A stretch of 64,000 nt of DNA, from contig OZ024741.1 in NCBI GenBank assembly GCA_964016885.1, forward strand, positions 19,964,001 through 20,028,000, in the 5' to 3' direction. The translations under genes and the position numbers were made by a program. Shown here piece by piece: positions 51,201-64,000 of the stretch. The stretch's first letter is position 1; every line of letters begins with the position of its first letter. The stretch is from Eledone cirrhosa (lineage: Eukaryota). A model generated the notes under the pieces. It saw only the letters and a program-made list of their open reading frames with translations. It was not told the DNA's origin and did not search any database.

Positions 51201-54200
51201 TCTGTCATTGTTAAGTTATCATCACTGTCGTTAAGTTATCATCTCTGTCGTTGTTAAGTTATCATCTCTGTCGTTGTTAAGTTATCATCACTGTCGTTGT
51301 TAAGCAATCATCTCTGTCGTTATTAAGTTATCATCTCTGTCTTTGTTAAGTTATCATCACTGTCGTTGTTAAGTTATCATTACTGTCGTTGTTAAGTTAT
51401 CATCTTTGTCGTTTTTAAATTATCATCACTGTCGTTGTTAAGTTATCATCTCTGTCGTTAAGTTATCATCTCTGTCTTTGTTAAGTTATCATCACTGTCG
51501 TTGTTAAGTTATCATCACTGTCGTTGTTAAGTTATCATCTCTGTCGTTGTTAAGTTATCATCAGTGCCCTTGTTAAGTTATCATCACTGTCGTTTTTAAA
51601 TTATCATCACTGTTGTTGTTAAGTTATCATCACTGTCGTTGTTATGTTATCATCTCTGTCGTTGTTAAGTTATCATCACTGTCATTGTTAAGTTGTCAGC
51701 ACTGTCGTTGTTAAGTTATCATCACTGTCGTTGAGTTATCATCGCTGTCGTTGTTAAGTTATCATCGCTGTCGTTGTTAAGTTATCATCTCTGTCGTTGT
51801 TAAGTTATCAGCTCAGTCGTTGTTAAGTTCTCATCGCTGTCGTTGTTAAGTTATCATCACTGTCGTTGTTAAGTTATCATCTCTGTCGTTGTTAAGTTAT
51901 CATCTCTGTCGTTGTTAAGTTATCATCGCTGTCGTTGTTAAGTTATCATCGCTGTCGTTGTTGAATTATCATCTCTGTCGTGGTTAAGTTATCATCGCTG
52001 TCGTTGTTAAGTTATCATCTCTGTCGTTGTTAAGTTATCAACTCTGTCGTTGTTAAGTTCTCATCTCTGTCGTTGTTAAATTATCATCTCTGTCGTGGTT
52101 AAGTTATCATCGCTGTCGTTGTTAAGTTATCATCGCAGTCGTTGTTAAATTATCATCTCTGTCGTGGTTAAGTTATCATCGCTGTCGTTGTTAAGTTATC
52201 ATCGCTGTCGTTGTTAAGTTATCATCGCTGTCGTTGTTAAGTTATCATCACTGCAGTTGTTAAGTTATCATCGCTGTCATTGTTAAGTTATCAACTCTGT
52301 CGTTGTTAAGTTATCATCACTGTCGTTGTTAAGTTATTATCGCTGTCGTTAAGTTATCATCACTGTCGTTATTAAGTTATCATCTCTGTCGTTGTTAAGT
52401 TATCATCTCTGTTGTTGTTAAGTTATCATCACTGTCGTTGTTATGTTATCATCTCTGTCGTTGTTAAGTTATCATCACTGTCATTGTTAAGTTGTCATCA
52501 CTGTCGTTGTTAAGTTATCAACACTGTCGATGTTAAGTTATCATCGCTGTCGTTGTTAAGTTCTCATCACTGTCTTGTTAAGTTCTCATCGGTGTCGTTG
52601 TTAAGTTATCATCGCTGTCGTGGTTAAGTTATCATCGCTGTCGTTGTTAAGTTATCATCTCTGTCGTTGTTAAGTTATCATCTCTGTCGTTGTTAAGTTA
52701 TCATCTCTGTTGTTGTTAAGTTATCATCTCTGTCGTTGTTAAGTTATTATCTCTGTCGTTGTTCCGTTATCATCGCTGTCGTTGTTAAGTTATCATCTCT
52801 GTCGTTGTTAAGTTATCATCTCTGTCGTTGTTAAGTTATCATCTCTGTCGTTGTTAAATTCTCATCGCTGTCGTTGTTAAGTTATCATCTCTGTCGTTGT
52901 TAAGTTCTCATCGGTGTCGTTGTTAAGTTATCATCTCTGTCGTTGTTAAGTTCTCATCGGTGTCGTTGTTAAGTTCTCATCGGTGTCGTTGTTAAGTTAT
53001 CATCTCTGTCGTTGTTAAGTTATCATCGCTGTCGTTGTTAAGTTCTCATCGGTGTCGTTGTTAAGTTATCATCACTGTCGTTGTTAAGTTATCATCGCTG
53101 TCGTTGTTAAGTTATCATCGCTGTCATTGTTAAGTTCTCATCGGTGTCGTTGTTAAGTTATCATCACTGTCGTTGTTAAGTTATCATCGCTGTCGATGTT
53201 AAGTTATCATCTCTGTCGTTGTTAAGTTCTCATCGGTGTCGTTGTTAAGTTATCATCGCTGTCGTTGTTAAGTTATCATCTCTGTCGTTGTTAAGTTCTA
53301 ATCGGTGTCGTTGTTAAGTTATCATCTCTGTCGTGGTTACGTTATCATCGCTGTCGTTGTTAAATTATCATCTCTGTCGTTGTTAAGTTATCAACTCTGT
53401 CGTTGTTAAGTTCTCATCTCTGTCGTTGTTAAGTTATCATCACTGTCGTTGTTAAGTTATCATCTCTGTCGTGGTTAAGTTATCATCGCCGTCGTTGTTA
53501 AATTATCATCTCTGTCGTGGTTAAGTTATCATCGCTGTCGTTGTTAAGTTATCTTCGCTGTCGTTGTTAAGTTATCATCGCTGTCGTTGTTAAGTTATCA
53601 ACTCTGTCGTGGTTAAGTTATCATCGCCGTCGTTGTTAAATTATCATCTCTGTCGTGGTTAAGTTATCATCGCTGTCGTTGTTAAGTTATCATCTCTGTC
53701 GTGGTTAAGTTATCATCGCCGTCGTTGTTAAATTATCATCTCTGTCGTGGTTAAGTTATCATCGCTGTCGTTGTTAAGTTATCATCGCAGTCGTTGTTAA
53801 ATTATCATCTCTGTCGTGGTTAAGTTATCATCGCTGTCGTTGTTAAGTTATCTTCGCTGTCGTTGTTAAGTTATCATCGCTGTCGTTGTTAAGTTATCAA
53901 CTCTGTCGTTGTTAAGTTATCATCACTGTCGTTGTTAAGTTATCATCGCTGTCGTTAAGTTATCATTACTGTCGTTATTAAGTTATCATCTCTGTCGTTG
54001 TTAAGTTATCATCGCTATCGTTGTTAAGTTTTCAACTATGCGGTTGTTAAGTTATCATCACTGTTGTTGTTAAGTTATTATCGCTGTCGTTAAGTTCTCA
54101 TCGCTGTCGTTGTTAAGTTATCATCTCTGTTGTTGTTAAGTTATCATCACTGTCGTTGTTAAGTTAACATCTCTGTCGTTGTTAAGTTATCATCACCGTC

Positions 54201-57200
54201 ATTGTTAAGTTGTCATCACTGTCGTTGTTAAGTTATCAACACTGTCGATGTTAAGTTATCATCGCTGTCGTTGTTAAGTTCTCATCGGTGTCATTTTTAA
54301 GTTATCATCGCTGTCGTTGTTAAGTTCTCATCGGTGTCATTTTTAAGTTATCATCTCTGTCGTTGTTAAGTTATCATCACTGTCTTGTTAAGTTCTCATC
54401 GGTGTCGTGGTTAAGTTATCATCTCTGTCGTTGGTAAGTTATCATCGCTGTCGTCGTTAAGTTCTAATCGGTGTCGTTGTTAAGTTATCATCTCTGTCGT
54501 TGTTAAATAATCATCTCTGTCGTGGTTAAGTTATCATCGCCGTCGGTGTTAAGTTATCATCTCTGTCGTTGTTAAGTTATCAACTCTGTCGTTGTTAAGT
54601 TATCATCTCTGTCGTTGTTAAATTATCATCTCTGTCGTGGTTAAGTTATCATCGCTGTCGTTGTTAAGTTATCATCTCTGTCGTGGTTAAGTTATCATCG
54701 CTGTCGTTGTTAAGTTATCATGGCTGTCGTTGTTTAAGTTATCATCGCAGTCGTTGTTAAGTTATCATCACTGCAGTTGTTAAGTTATCATCGCTGTCAT
54801 TGTTAAGTTATCATCGCTGTCATTGTTAAGTTATCATCTCTGTTGTTTTTAAATTATCATCATTGTCGTTATTAAGTTATCATCTCTGTGTTTCTTAAGT
54901 TATCATCACTGTCGTTGTTAAGTTATCATCACTGTCGTTGTTAAGTTATCATCGCTGTCGTTGTTAAGTTATCATCACTGTCGTTGTTAAGTTATCATAT
55001 CTGTCGTTGTTAAGTTATCAACGCTGTCATTGTTAAGTTATCATCGCTGTCGTTACGTTATCATCTCTGTCTTTGTTAAGTTATCATGACTGTCGCTGTT
55101 AAGTTATCATCACTGTCGTTGTTAAGTTATCATCTCTGTCGTTGTTAAGTTATCATCTCTGTCGTTGTTATGTTATCATCTCTGTCGTTAAATTCTCATC
55201 GCTGTCATCGTTAAGTTATCAACTGTGTCGTTGTTAAATTATCATCTCTGTCGTGGTTAAATTATCATCGCTGCGCTGTCGTTGTTGTTAGGTTCTCATC
55301 TCTGTCATTGTTAAGTTATCAACGCTGTCATTGTTAAGTTATCATCGCTGTCATTGTTAAGTTATCATCGCTGTCGTTGTTAAGTTATCATCGCTGTCGT
55401 TGTTAAGTTATCATCTCTGTCGTTGTTAAGTTATCATCTCTGTCGTTGTTAAGTTATCATCTCTGTCGTTGTTAAGTTATCATCTCTGTCGTTGTTAAGT
55501 TATCATCTCTGTCGTTGTTAAGTTATCATCTCTGTCGTTGTTAAATTATCATCTCTGTCGTTGTTATGTTATCATCTCTGTCGTTAAATTCTCATCGCTG
55601 TCGTTGTTAAGTTATCATCTCTGTCGTTGTTAAGTTATCATCGCTGTCGTTGTTAAGTTATCATCACTGTCGTTAAGTTATAATCTCTGTCGTTGTTAAG
55701 TTATCATCACTGTCGGTGTTAAGTTATCATCGCTGTCGTTGCTAAGTTATCATCTCTGTCGTTGTTAAGTTATCATCTCTGTCGTTGTTAAGTTATCATC
55801 ATTGTCGTTGTTGAGTTATTATGGCTGTCTTTGTTAAGTTATCATCTCTGTCGTTGTTAAGTTATCATCTCTGTCGTTGTTAAATTATCATCTCTGTCGT
55901 TGTTATGTTATCATCTCTGTCGTTGTTAAGTTAACATCTCTGTCGTTGTTAAGTTATCATCTCTGTCGTTGTTAAGTTATCATCACTGTCGTTAAGTTAG
56001 CAACTCTGTCGTTGTTAAGTTATCATCTTTGCCGTTGTTAAGTTATAATCACTGTCGTTGTTAAGCAATCATATCTGTCGTGGTTAAGTTATCATCTCTG
56101 TCGTTAAATTCTCATCGCTGTCGTTGTGAAGTTATCATCTCTGTCGTTATTAAGTTATCATCGCTGTCGTTGTTAAGTTCTCATCACTGTCGTTGTTAAG
56201 TTATCATCGCTGTCATTGTTAAGTTATCATCTCTGTTGTTGTTATGTTATCATCTCTGCCGTTGTTAAATTATCATCACTGTCGTTGTTAAGTTCTCATC
56301 TCTGTCGTTGTTAAGATATCATCGCTGTCGTTGCTAAGTTATCATCGCTGTCGTTGTGGTTAAGTTATCATCGCTGTCGTTGTCAAGTTATCATCACTGT
56401 CGTTTTTAAATTATCATCACTGTCGTTGTTAAGTTATCAGCTCTGTAGTTAAGTTATCATCTCTGTCGTTGTTAAGTTATCATCACTGTCGTTGTTAAGT
56501 TATCATCTCTGTCGTTGTTAAGTTATGATCACTGTCGTTGTTATGTTATCATCTCTGTCGTTGTTAAGTTATCATCTCTGTTGTTGTTAAGTGATCATCA
56601 CTGTCGTTGATAAGTTATCATCGTTGTCGTTGTTAAGTTATCATCTCTGTCGTTGTTAAGTTATCATCGATGTCGTTAAGTTATCATCACTGTCGTTGTT
56701 AAGTTATCAACGCTGTCGTTGTTAAGTTATCATCACAGTCGTTGTTAAGTTATCATCGCTGCCGTTGTTAAATTATCATCTCTGTCGTTGTTAAGTTACC
56801 ATCGCTGTCGTTGGTAAGTTATCATCGTTGTCGTTGTTAAGTTATCATCACTGTCGTTGTTACGTTATCATCTCTGTCGTTTTTAAGTTATCATCGCTGT
56901 CGTTGTAAAATTATCATCACTGTCGTTGTTAAGTTATCATCTCTGTCGTTGTTAAGTTATCATCTCTGTTGTTGTTAAGTTATCTTCTCTGTCGTTGTTA
57001 AATTATCATCTCTGTCGTTGGTAAGTTATCGTCTCTGTCGTTGTTACGTTATCATCTCTGTCGTTGTTAAGCAATCATATCTGTCGTGGTTAAGTTATCA
57101 TCTCTGTCGTTAAATTCTCATCGCTGTCGTTGTTAAGTTATCATCTCTGTCGTTGTTAAGTTCTCATCGCTGTCGTTGTTAAGTTCTCATCTCTGTCGTT

Positions 57201-60200
57201 GTTAAGTTCTCATCTCTGTCGTTGTTAAGTTATCATCTCTGTCGTTATTAAGTTATCATCTCTGTCGTTGTTAAGTTCTCATCGCTGTCGTTGTTAAGTT
57301 ATCATCTCTGTCGTTGTTATGTTATCATCGCTGTCGTTGTTAAGTTCTCATCACTGTCGTTGTTAAGTTATCATCGCTGTCATTGTTAAGTTATCATCTC
57401 TGTTGTTGTTATGTTATCATCTCTGTCGTTGTTAAATTATCATCACTGTCGTTGTTAAGTTCTCATCTCTGTCGTTGTTAAGATATCATCGCTGTCGTTG
57501 CTAAGTTATCATCGCTGTCGTTGTGGTTAAGTTATCATCGCTGTCGTTGTTACGTTCTCATCACTATCGTTTTTAGATTATCATCACTGTCGTTGTTAAG
57601 TTATCATCTCTGTCTTTGTTAAGTTATCATCACTGTCGTTGTTAAGTTATCATCTCTGTCGTTAAGTTATCATCTCTGTCTTTGTTAAGTTATCATCACT
57701 GTCGTTATTAAGTTATCATCACCGTCGTTGTTAAGTTATCATCTCTGTCGTTGTTAAGTTATAATCATTGTAATTGTTAAGTTATCATCTCTGTCTTTGT
57801 TAAGTTATCATCGCTGTCGTTGTTAAGTTATCATCTCTGTCGTTGTTAAGTTATCATCTCTGTCGTTGTTAAGTTATCATCTCTGTCGTTGTTAAGTTAT
57901 CATCTCTGTCGTTGTTAAGTTATCATCAGTGCCGTTGTTAAGTTATCATCACTCTCGTTTTTAAATTATCATCACTGTCGTTGTTAAGTTATCATCGCTG
58001 TCGTTGTTAAGTTATCATCACTGTCGTTGTTAAGTTCTCATCTCTGTCGTTGTTAAGTTATCAACGCTGTCATTGTTAAGTTATCATCGCTGTCGTTGTT
58101 AAGTTATCATCTCTGTCTTTGTTAAGTTATCATCAAAGTCGTTGTTAAGTTATCATCACTGTCGTTGTTAAGTTATCATATCTGTCGTTGTTAAGTTATC
58201 AACGCTGTCATTGTTAAGTTATCAGCGCTGTCGTTAAGTTATCATCTCTCTCTTTGTTAAGACATCATCACTGTTGTTGTTAAGTTATCATCTCTGTCTT
58301 TGTTAAGTTATCATCACTGTCGTTGTTAAGTTATCATCTCTGTCGTTGTTAAGTTATCATCATTGTCGTTGTTAAGTTATCATCTCTGTCTTTGTTAAGT
58401 TATCATCTCTGTCGTTGTTAAGTTATAATCTCTGTCGTTGTTAAATTATCATCTCTGTCGTTGTTAAGTTATCATCTCTGTCGTTGTTAAGTTATCATCT
58501 CTGTCGTTGTTAAGTTATCATCTCTGTCGTTGTTAAGTTATCATCTCTGTCGTTAAGTTATCATCTCTGTCGTTGTTAAGTTATCATCTCTGTCGTTGTT
58601 AAGTTATCATCACTGTCGTTGTTATGTTATCATCTCTGTCGTTGTTAAGTAATCATCTCTGTTGTTGTTAAGTTATCATCACTGTCGTTGTTAGGTTATC
58701 ATCGCTGTCGTTGTTAAGTTATCATCGCTGTCGTTGTTAAGTTTTCTAAGTCGGTGTTAAGTTATCATCTCTGCCGTTGATAAGTTATCATCTCTGTCGT
58801 TGTTAAGTTATCATCTCTGTCGTTGTTATGTTATCATCTCTGTCGTTAAATTCTCATCGCTGTCGTTGTTAAGTTATCATCTCTGTCGTTGTTAAGTTAT
58901 CATCGCTGTCGTTGTTAAGTTATCATCACTGTCGTTAAGTTATAATCTCTGTCGTTGTTAAGTTATCATCACTGTCGGTGTTAAGTTATCATCGCTGTCG
59001 TTGCTAAGTTATCATCGCTGTCGTTGTGGTTAAGTTGTCATCGCTGTCGTTGTTAAGTTATCATCATTGTCGTTGTTGAGTTATTATGGCTGTCTTTGTT
59101 AAGTTATCATCTCTGTCGTTGTTAAGTTATCATCTCTGTCGTTGTTAAATTATCATCTCTGTCGTTGTTAAGTTATCATCTCTGTCGTTGTTAAGTTAAC
59201 ATCTCTGTCGTTGTTAAGTTATCATCTCTGTCGTTGTTAAGTTATCATCACTGTCGTTAAGTTAGCAACTCTGTCGTTGTTAAGTTATCATCTTTGTCGT
59301 TGTTAAGTTATCATCACTGTCGTTGTTAAGCAATCATATCTGTCGTGGTTAAGTTATCATCTCTGTCGTTAAATTCTCATCGCTGTCATTGTTAAGTTAT
59401 CATCTCTGTTGTTGTTATGTTATCATCTCTGTCGTTGTTAAATTATCATCACTGTCGTTGTTAAGTTCTCATCTCTGTCGTTGTTAAGATATCATCGCTG
59501 TCGTTGCTAAGTTATCATCGCTGTCGTTGTGGTTAAGTTATCATCGCTGTCGTTGTCAAGTTATCATCACTGTCGTTTTTAAATTATCATCACTGTCGTT
59601 GTTAAGTTATCAGCTCTGTAGTTAAGTTATCATCTCTGTCGTTGTTTAGTTATCATCACTGTCGTTGTTAAGTTATCATCTCTGTCGTTGTTAAGTTATC
59701 ATCACTATCGTTGTTATGTTATCATCTCTGTCGTTGTTAAGTTATCATCTCTGTTGTTGTTAAGTGATCATCACTGTCGTTGATAAGTTATCATCGTTGT
59801 CGTTGTTAAGTTATCATCTCTGTCGTTGTTAAGTTATCATCGATGTCGTTAAGTTATCATCACTGTCGTTGTTAAGTTATCAACGCTGTCGTTGTTAAGT
59901 TATCATCACAGTCGTTGTTAAGTTATCATCGCTGCCGTTGTTAAATTATCATCTTTGTCGTTGTTAAGTTACCATCGCTGTCGTTGGTAAGTTATCATCG
60001 TTGTCGTTGTTAAGTTATCATCACTGTCGTTGTTACGTTATCATCTCTGTCGTTGTTAAGTTATCATCGCTGTTGTTGTAAAATTATCATCACTGTCGTT
60101 GTTAAGTTATCATCTCTGTCGTTGTTAAGTTATCATCTCTGTTGTTGTTAAGTTATCTTCTCTGTCGTTGTTAAATTATCATCTCTGTCGTTGGTAAGTT

Positions 60201-63200
60201 ATCATCTCTGTCGTTGTTACGTTATCATCTCTGTCGTTGTTAAGCAATCATATCTGTCGTGGTTAAGTTATCATCTCTGTCGTTAAATTCTCATCGCTGT
60301 CCTTGTTAAGTTATCATCTCTGTCGTTGTTAAGTTCTCATCGCTGTCGTTGTTAAGTTCTCATCTCTGTCGTTGTTAAGTTCTCATCTCTGTCGTTGTTA
60401 AGTTATCATCTCTGTCGTTATTAAGTTATCATCTCTGTCGTTGTTAAGTTCTCATCGCTGTCGTTGCTAAGTTATCATCTCTGTCGTTGTTATGTTATCA
60501 TCGCTGTCGTTGTTAAGTTCTCATCACTGTCGTTGTTAAGTTATCATCGCTGTCATTGTTAAGTTATCATCTCTGTTGTTGTTATGTTAGCATCTCTGTC
60601 GTTGTTAAATTATCATCACTGTCGTTGTTAAGTTATCAGCTCTGTCGTTAAGTTATCATCTCTGTCTTTGTTAAGTTATCATCACTGTCGTTGTTAAGTT
60701 ATCATCTCTGTCGTTAAGTTATCATCTCTGTCTTTGTTAAGTTATCATCACTGTCGTTATTAAGTTATCATCACCGTCGTTGTTAAGTTATCATCTCTGT
60801 CGTTGTTAAGTTATAATCATTGTAATTGTTAAGTTATCATCTCTGTCTTTGTTAAGTTATCATCTCTGTCGTTGTTAAGTTATCATCTCTGTCGTTGTTA
60901 AGTTATCATCAGTGCCGTTGTTAAGTTATCATCACTCTCGTTTTTAAATTATCATCACTGTCGTTGTTAAGTTATCATCGCTGTCGTTGTTAAGTTATCA
61001 TCACTGTCGTTGTTAAGTTCTCATCTCTGTCGTTGTTAAGTTATCAACGCTGTCATTGTTAAGTTATCATCGCTGTCGTTGTTAAGTTATCATCTCTGTC
61101 TTTGTTAAGTTATCATCAAAGTCGTTGTTAAGTTATCATCACTGTCGTTGTTAAGTTATCATATCTGTCGTTGTTAAGTTATCAACGCTGTCATTGTTAA
61201 GTTATCAGCGCTGTCGTTAAGTTATCATCTCTCTCTTTGTTAAGACATCATCACTGTTGTTGTTAAGTTATCATCTCTGTCTTTGTTAAGTTATCATCAC
61301 TGTCGTTGTTAAGTTATCATCTCTGTCGTTGTTAAGTTATCATCATTGTCGTTGTTAAGTTATCATCTCTGTCTTTGTTAAGTTATCATCTCTGTCGTTG
61401 TTAAGTTATAATCTCTGTCGTTGTTAAATTATCATCTCTGTCGTTGTTAAGTTATCATCTCTGTCGTTGTTAAGTTATCATCTCTGTCGTTGTTAAGTTA
61501 TCATCTCTGTCGTTGTTAAGTTATCATCTCTGTCGTTAAGTTATCATCTCTGTCGTTGTTAAGTTATCATCTCTGTCGTTGTTAAGTTATCATCACTGTC
61601 GTTGTTATGTTATCATCTCTGTCGTTGTTAAGTAATCATCTCTGTTGTTGTTAAGTTATCATCACTGTCGTTGTTAGGTTATCATCGCTGTCGTTGTTAA
61701 GTTATCATCGCTGTCGTTGTTAAGTTTTCTAAGTCGGTGTTAAGTTATCATCTCTGCCGTTGATAAGTTATCATCTCTGTCGTTGTTAAGTTATCATCTC
61801 TGTCGTTGTTATGTTATCATCTCTGTCGTTAAATTCTCATCGCTGTCGTTGTTAAGTTATCATCTCTGTCGTTGTTAAGTTATCATCGCTGTCGTTGTTA
61901 AGTTATCATCACTGTCGTTAAGTTATAATCTCTGTCGTTGTTAAGTTATCATCACTGTCGGTGTTAAGTTATCATCGCTGTCGTTGCTAAGTTATCATCG
62001 CTGTCGTTGTGGTTAAGTTGTCATCGCTGTCGTTGTTAAGTTATCATCATTGTCGTTGTTGAGTTATTATGGCTGTCTTTGTTAAGTTATCATCTCTGTC
62101 GTTGTTAAGTTATCATCTCTGTCGTTGTTAAATTATCATCTCTGTCGTTGTTAAGTTATCATCTCTGTCGTTGTTAAGTTAACATCTCTGTCGTTGTTAA
62201 GTTATCATCTCTGTCGTTGTTAAGTTATCATCACTGTCGTTAAGTTAGCAACTCTGTCGTTGTTAAGTTATCATCTTTGTCGTTGTTAAGTTATCATCAC
62301 TGTCGTTGTTAAGCAATCATATCTGTCGTGGTTAAGTTATCATCTCTGTCGTTAAATTCTCATCGCTGTCATTGTTAAGTTATCATCTCTGTTGTTGTTA
62401 TGTTATCATCTCTGTCGTTGTTAAATTATCATCACTGTCGTTGTTAAGTTCTCATCTCTGTCGTTGTTAAGATATCATCGCTGTCGTTGCTAAGTTATCA
62501 TCGCTGTCGTTGTGGTTAAGTTATCATCGCTGTCGTTGTCAAGTTATCATCACTGTCGTTTTTAAATTATCATCACTGTCGTTGTTAAGTTATCAGCTCT
62601 GTAGTTAAGTTATCATCTCTGTCGTTGTTTAGTTATCATCACTGTCGTTGTTAAGTTATCATCTCTGTCGTTGTTAAGTTATCATCACTATCGTTGTTAT
62701 GTTATCATCTCTGTCGTTGTTAAGTTATCATCTCTGTTGTTGTTAAGTGATCATCACTGTCGTTGATAAGTTATCATCGTTGTCGTTGTTAAGTTATCAT
62801 CTCTGTCGTTGTTAAGTTATCATCGATGTCGTTAAGTTATCATCACTGTCGTTGTTAAGTTATCAACGCTGTCGTTGTTAAGTTATCATCACAGTCGTTG
62901 TTAAGTTATCATCGCTGCCGTTGTTAAATTATCATCTTTGTCGTTGTTAAGTTACCATCGCTGTCGTTGGTAAGTTATCATCGTTGTCGTTGTTAAGTTA
63001 TCATCACTGTCGTTGTTACGTTATCATCTCTGTCGTTGTTAAGTTATCATCGCTGTTGTTGTAAAATTATCATCACTGTCGTTGTTAAGTTATCATCTCT
63101 GTCGTTGTTAAGTTATCATCTCTGTTGTTGTTAAGTTATCTTCTCTGTCGTTGTTAAATTATCATCTCTGTCGTTGGTAAGTTATCATCTCTGTCGTTGT

Positions 63201-64000
63201 TACGTTATCATCTCTGTCGTTGTTAAGCAATCATATCTGTCGTGGTTAAGTTATCATCTCTGTCGTTAAATTCTCATCGCTGTCCTTGTTAAGTTATCAT
63301 CTCTGTCGTTGTTAAGTTCTCATCGCTGTCGTTGTTAAGTTCTCATCTCTGTCGTTGTTAAGTTCTCATCTCTGTCGTTGTTAAGTTATCATCTCTGTCG
63401 TTATTAAGTTATCATCTCTGTCGTTGTTAAGTTCTCATCGCTGTCGTTGCTAAGTTATCATCTCTGTCGTTGTTATGTTATCATCGCTGTCGTTGTTAAG
63501 TTCTCATCACTGTCGTTGTTAAGTTATCATCGCTGTCATTGTTAAGTTATCATCTCTGTTGTTGTTATGTTAGCATCTCTGTCGTTGTTAAATTATCATC
63601 ACTGTCGTTGTTAAGTTATCAGCTCTGTCGTTAAGTTATCATCTCTGTCTTTGTTAAGTTATCATCACTGTCGTTGTTAAGTTATCATCTCTGTCGTTAA
63701 GTTATCATCTCTGTCTTTGTTAAGTTATCATCACTGTCGTTATTAAGTTATCATCACCGTCGTTGTTAAGTTATCATCTCTGTCGTTGTTAAGTTATAAT
63801 CATTGTAATTGTTAAGTTATCATCTCTGTCTTTGTTAAGTTATCATCTCTGTCGTTGTTAAGTTATCATCTCTGTCGTTGTTAAGTTATCATCTCTGTCG
63901 TTGTTAAGTTATCATCTCTGTCGTTGTTAAGTTATCATCTCTGTCGTTGTTAAGTTATCATCAGTGTCGTTGTTAAGTTATCATCACTGTCGTTTTTAAT
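30256..64000. repeat. 23-bp satellite array, consensus GTTAAGTTATCATC(T/G/A)CTGTCGTT, more than 33.7 kb (roughly 1,470 monomers), running off the window end
   Basis: Uninterrupted head-to-tail monomers, 20-bp deletion variants lacking one GTT, and multi-kb higher-order duplications. Confidence 0.99.

Noticed and set aside
30256-64000. CRISPR-like array or coding repeat
   Set aside because: Monomers are head-to-tail with no unique spacers and no cas genes, in a eukaryotic context. TTAA in a 23-bp unit puts stops in all six frames.

Overview
Repeat-dominated eukaryotic DNA, most likely a cephalopod (Octopus-like) genome, inferred from the SINE family and the density of (TA)n/(CA)n/(TAA)n tracts. 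I found no intact protein-coding gene. Bases 1-25,000 are a mosaic of microsatellites and retroelement fragments: the 3' end of an R4/Dong-type element in (TAA)n, a frameshifted L1/Tx1-type LINE, an RTE-type LINE, two Penelope-like GIY-YIG remnants, many Penelope-type pseudo-LTR (pLTR) pieces and about nine tRNA-derived SINEs. The strongest hidden signal is a cluster of type I hammerhead ribozyme (HHR) motifs in the pLTR pieces: five with intact cores and several decayed. Two palindromes appear to be fold-backs centred on hammerhead stem II, and several insertions carry an inverted 3' tail at their 5' end. A possible two-exon gene relic lies at 23.5-24.0 kb on the minus strand. Bases 25.2-30.0 kb are a CCACCACAAAACC-type satellite, whose 1651-aa ORF is an artefact. 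From 30.25 kb to the window end is a 23-bp satellite with nested higher-order duplications (7,752, 2,983, 2,833, 2,353, 1,493 and 477 bp, measured from rare variant monomers). All structures were read by eye; no searches or folding programs were run.
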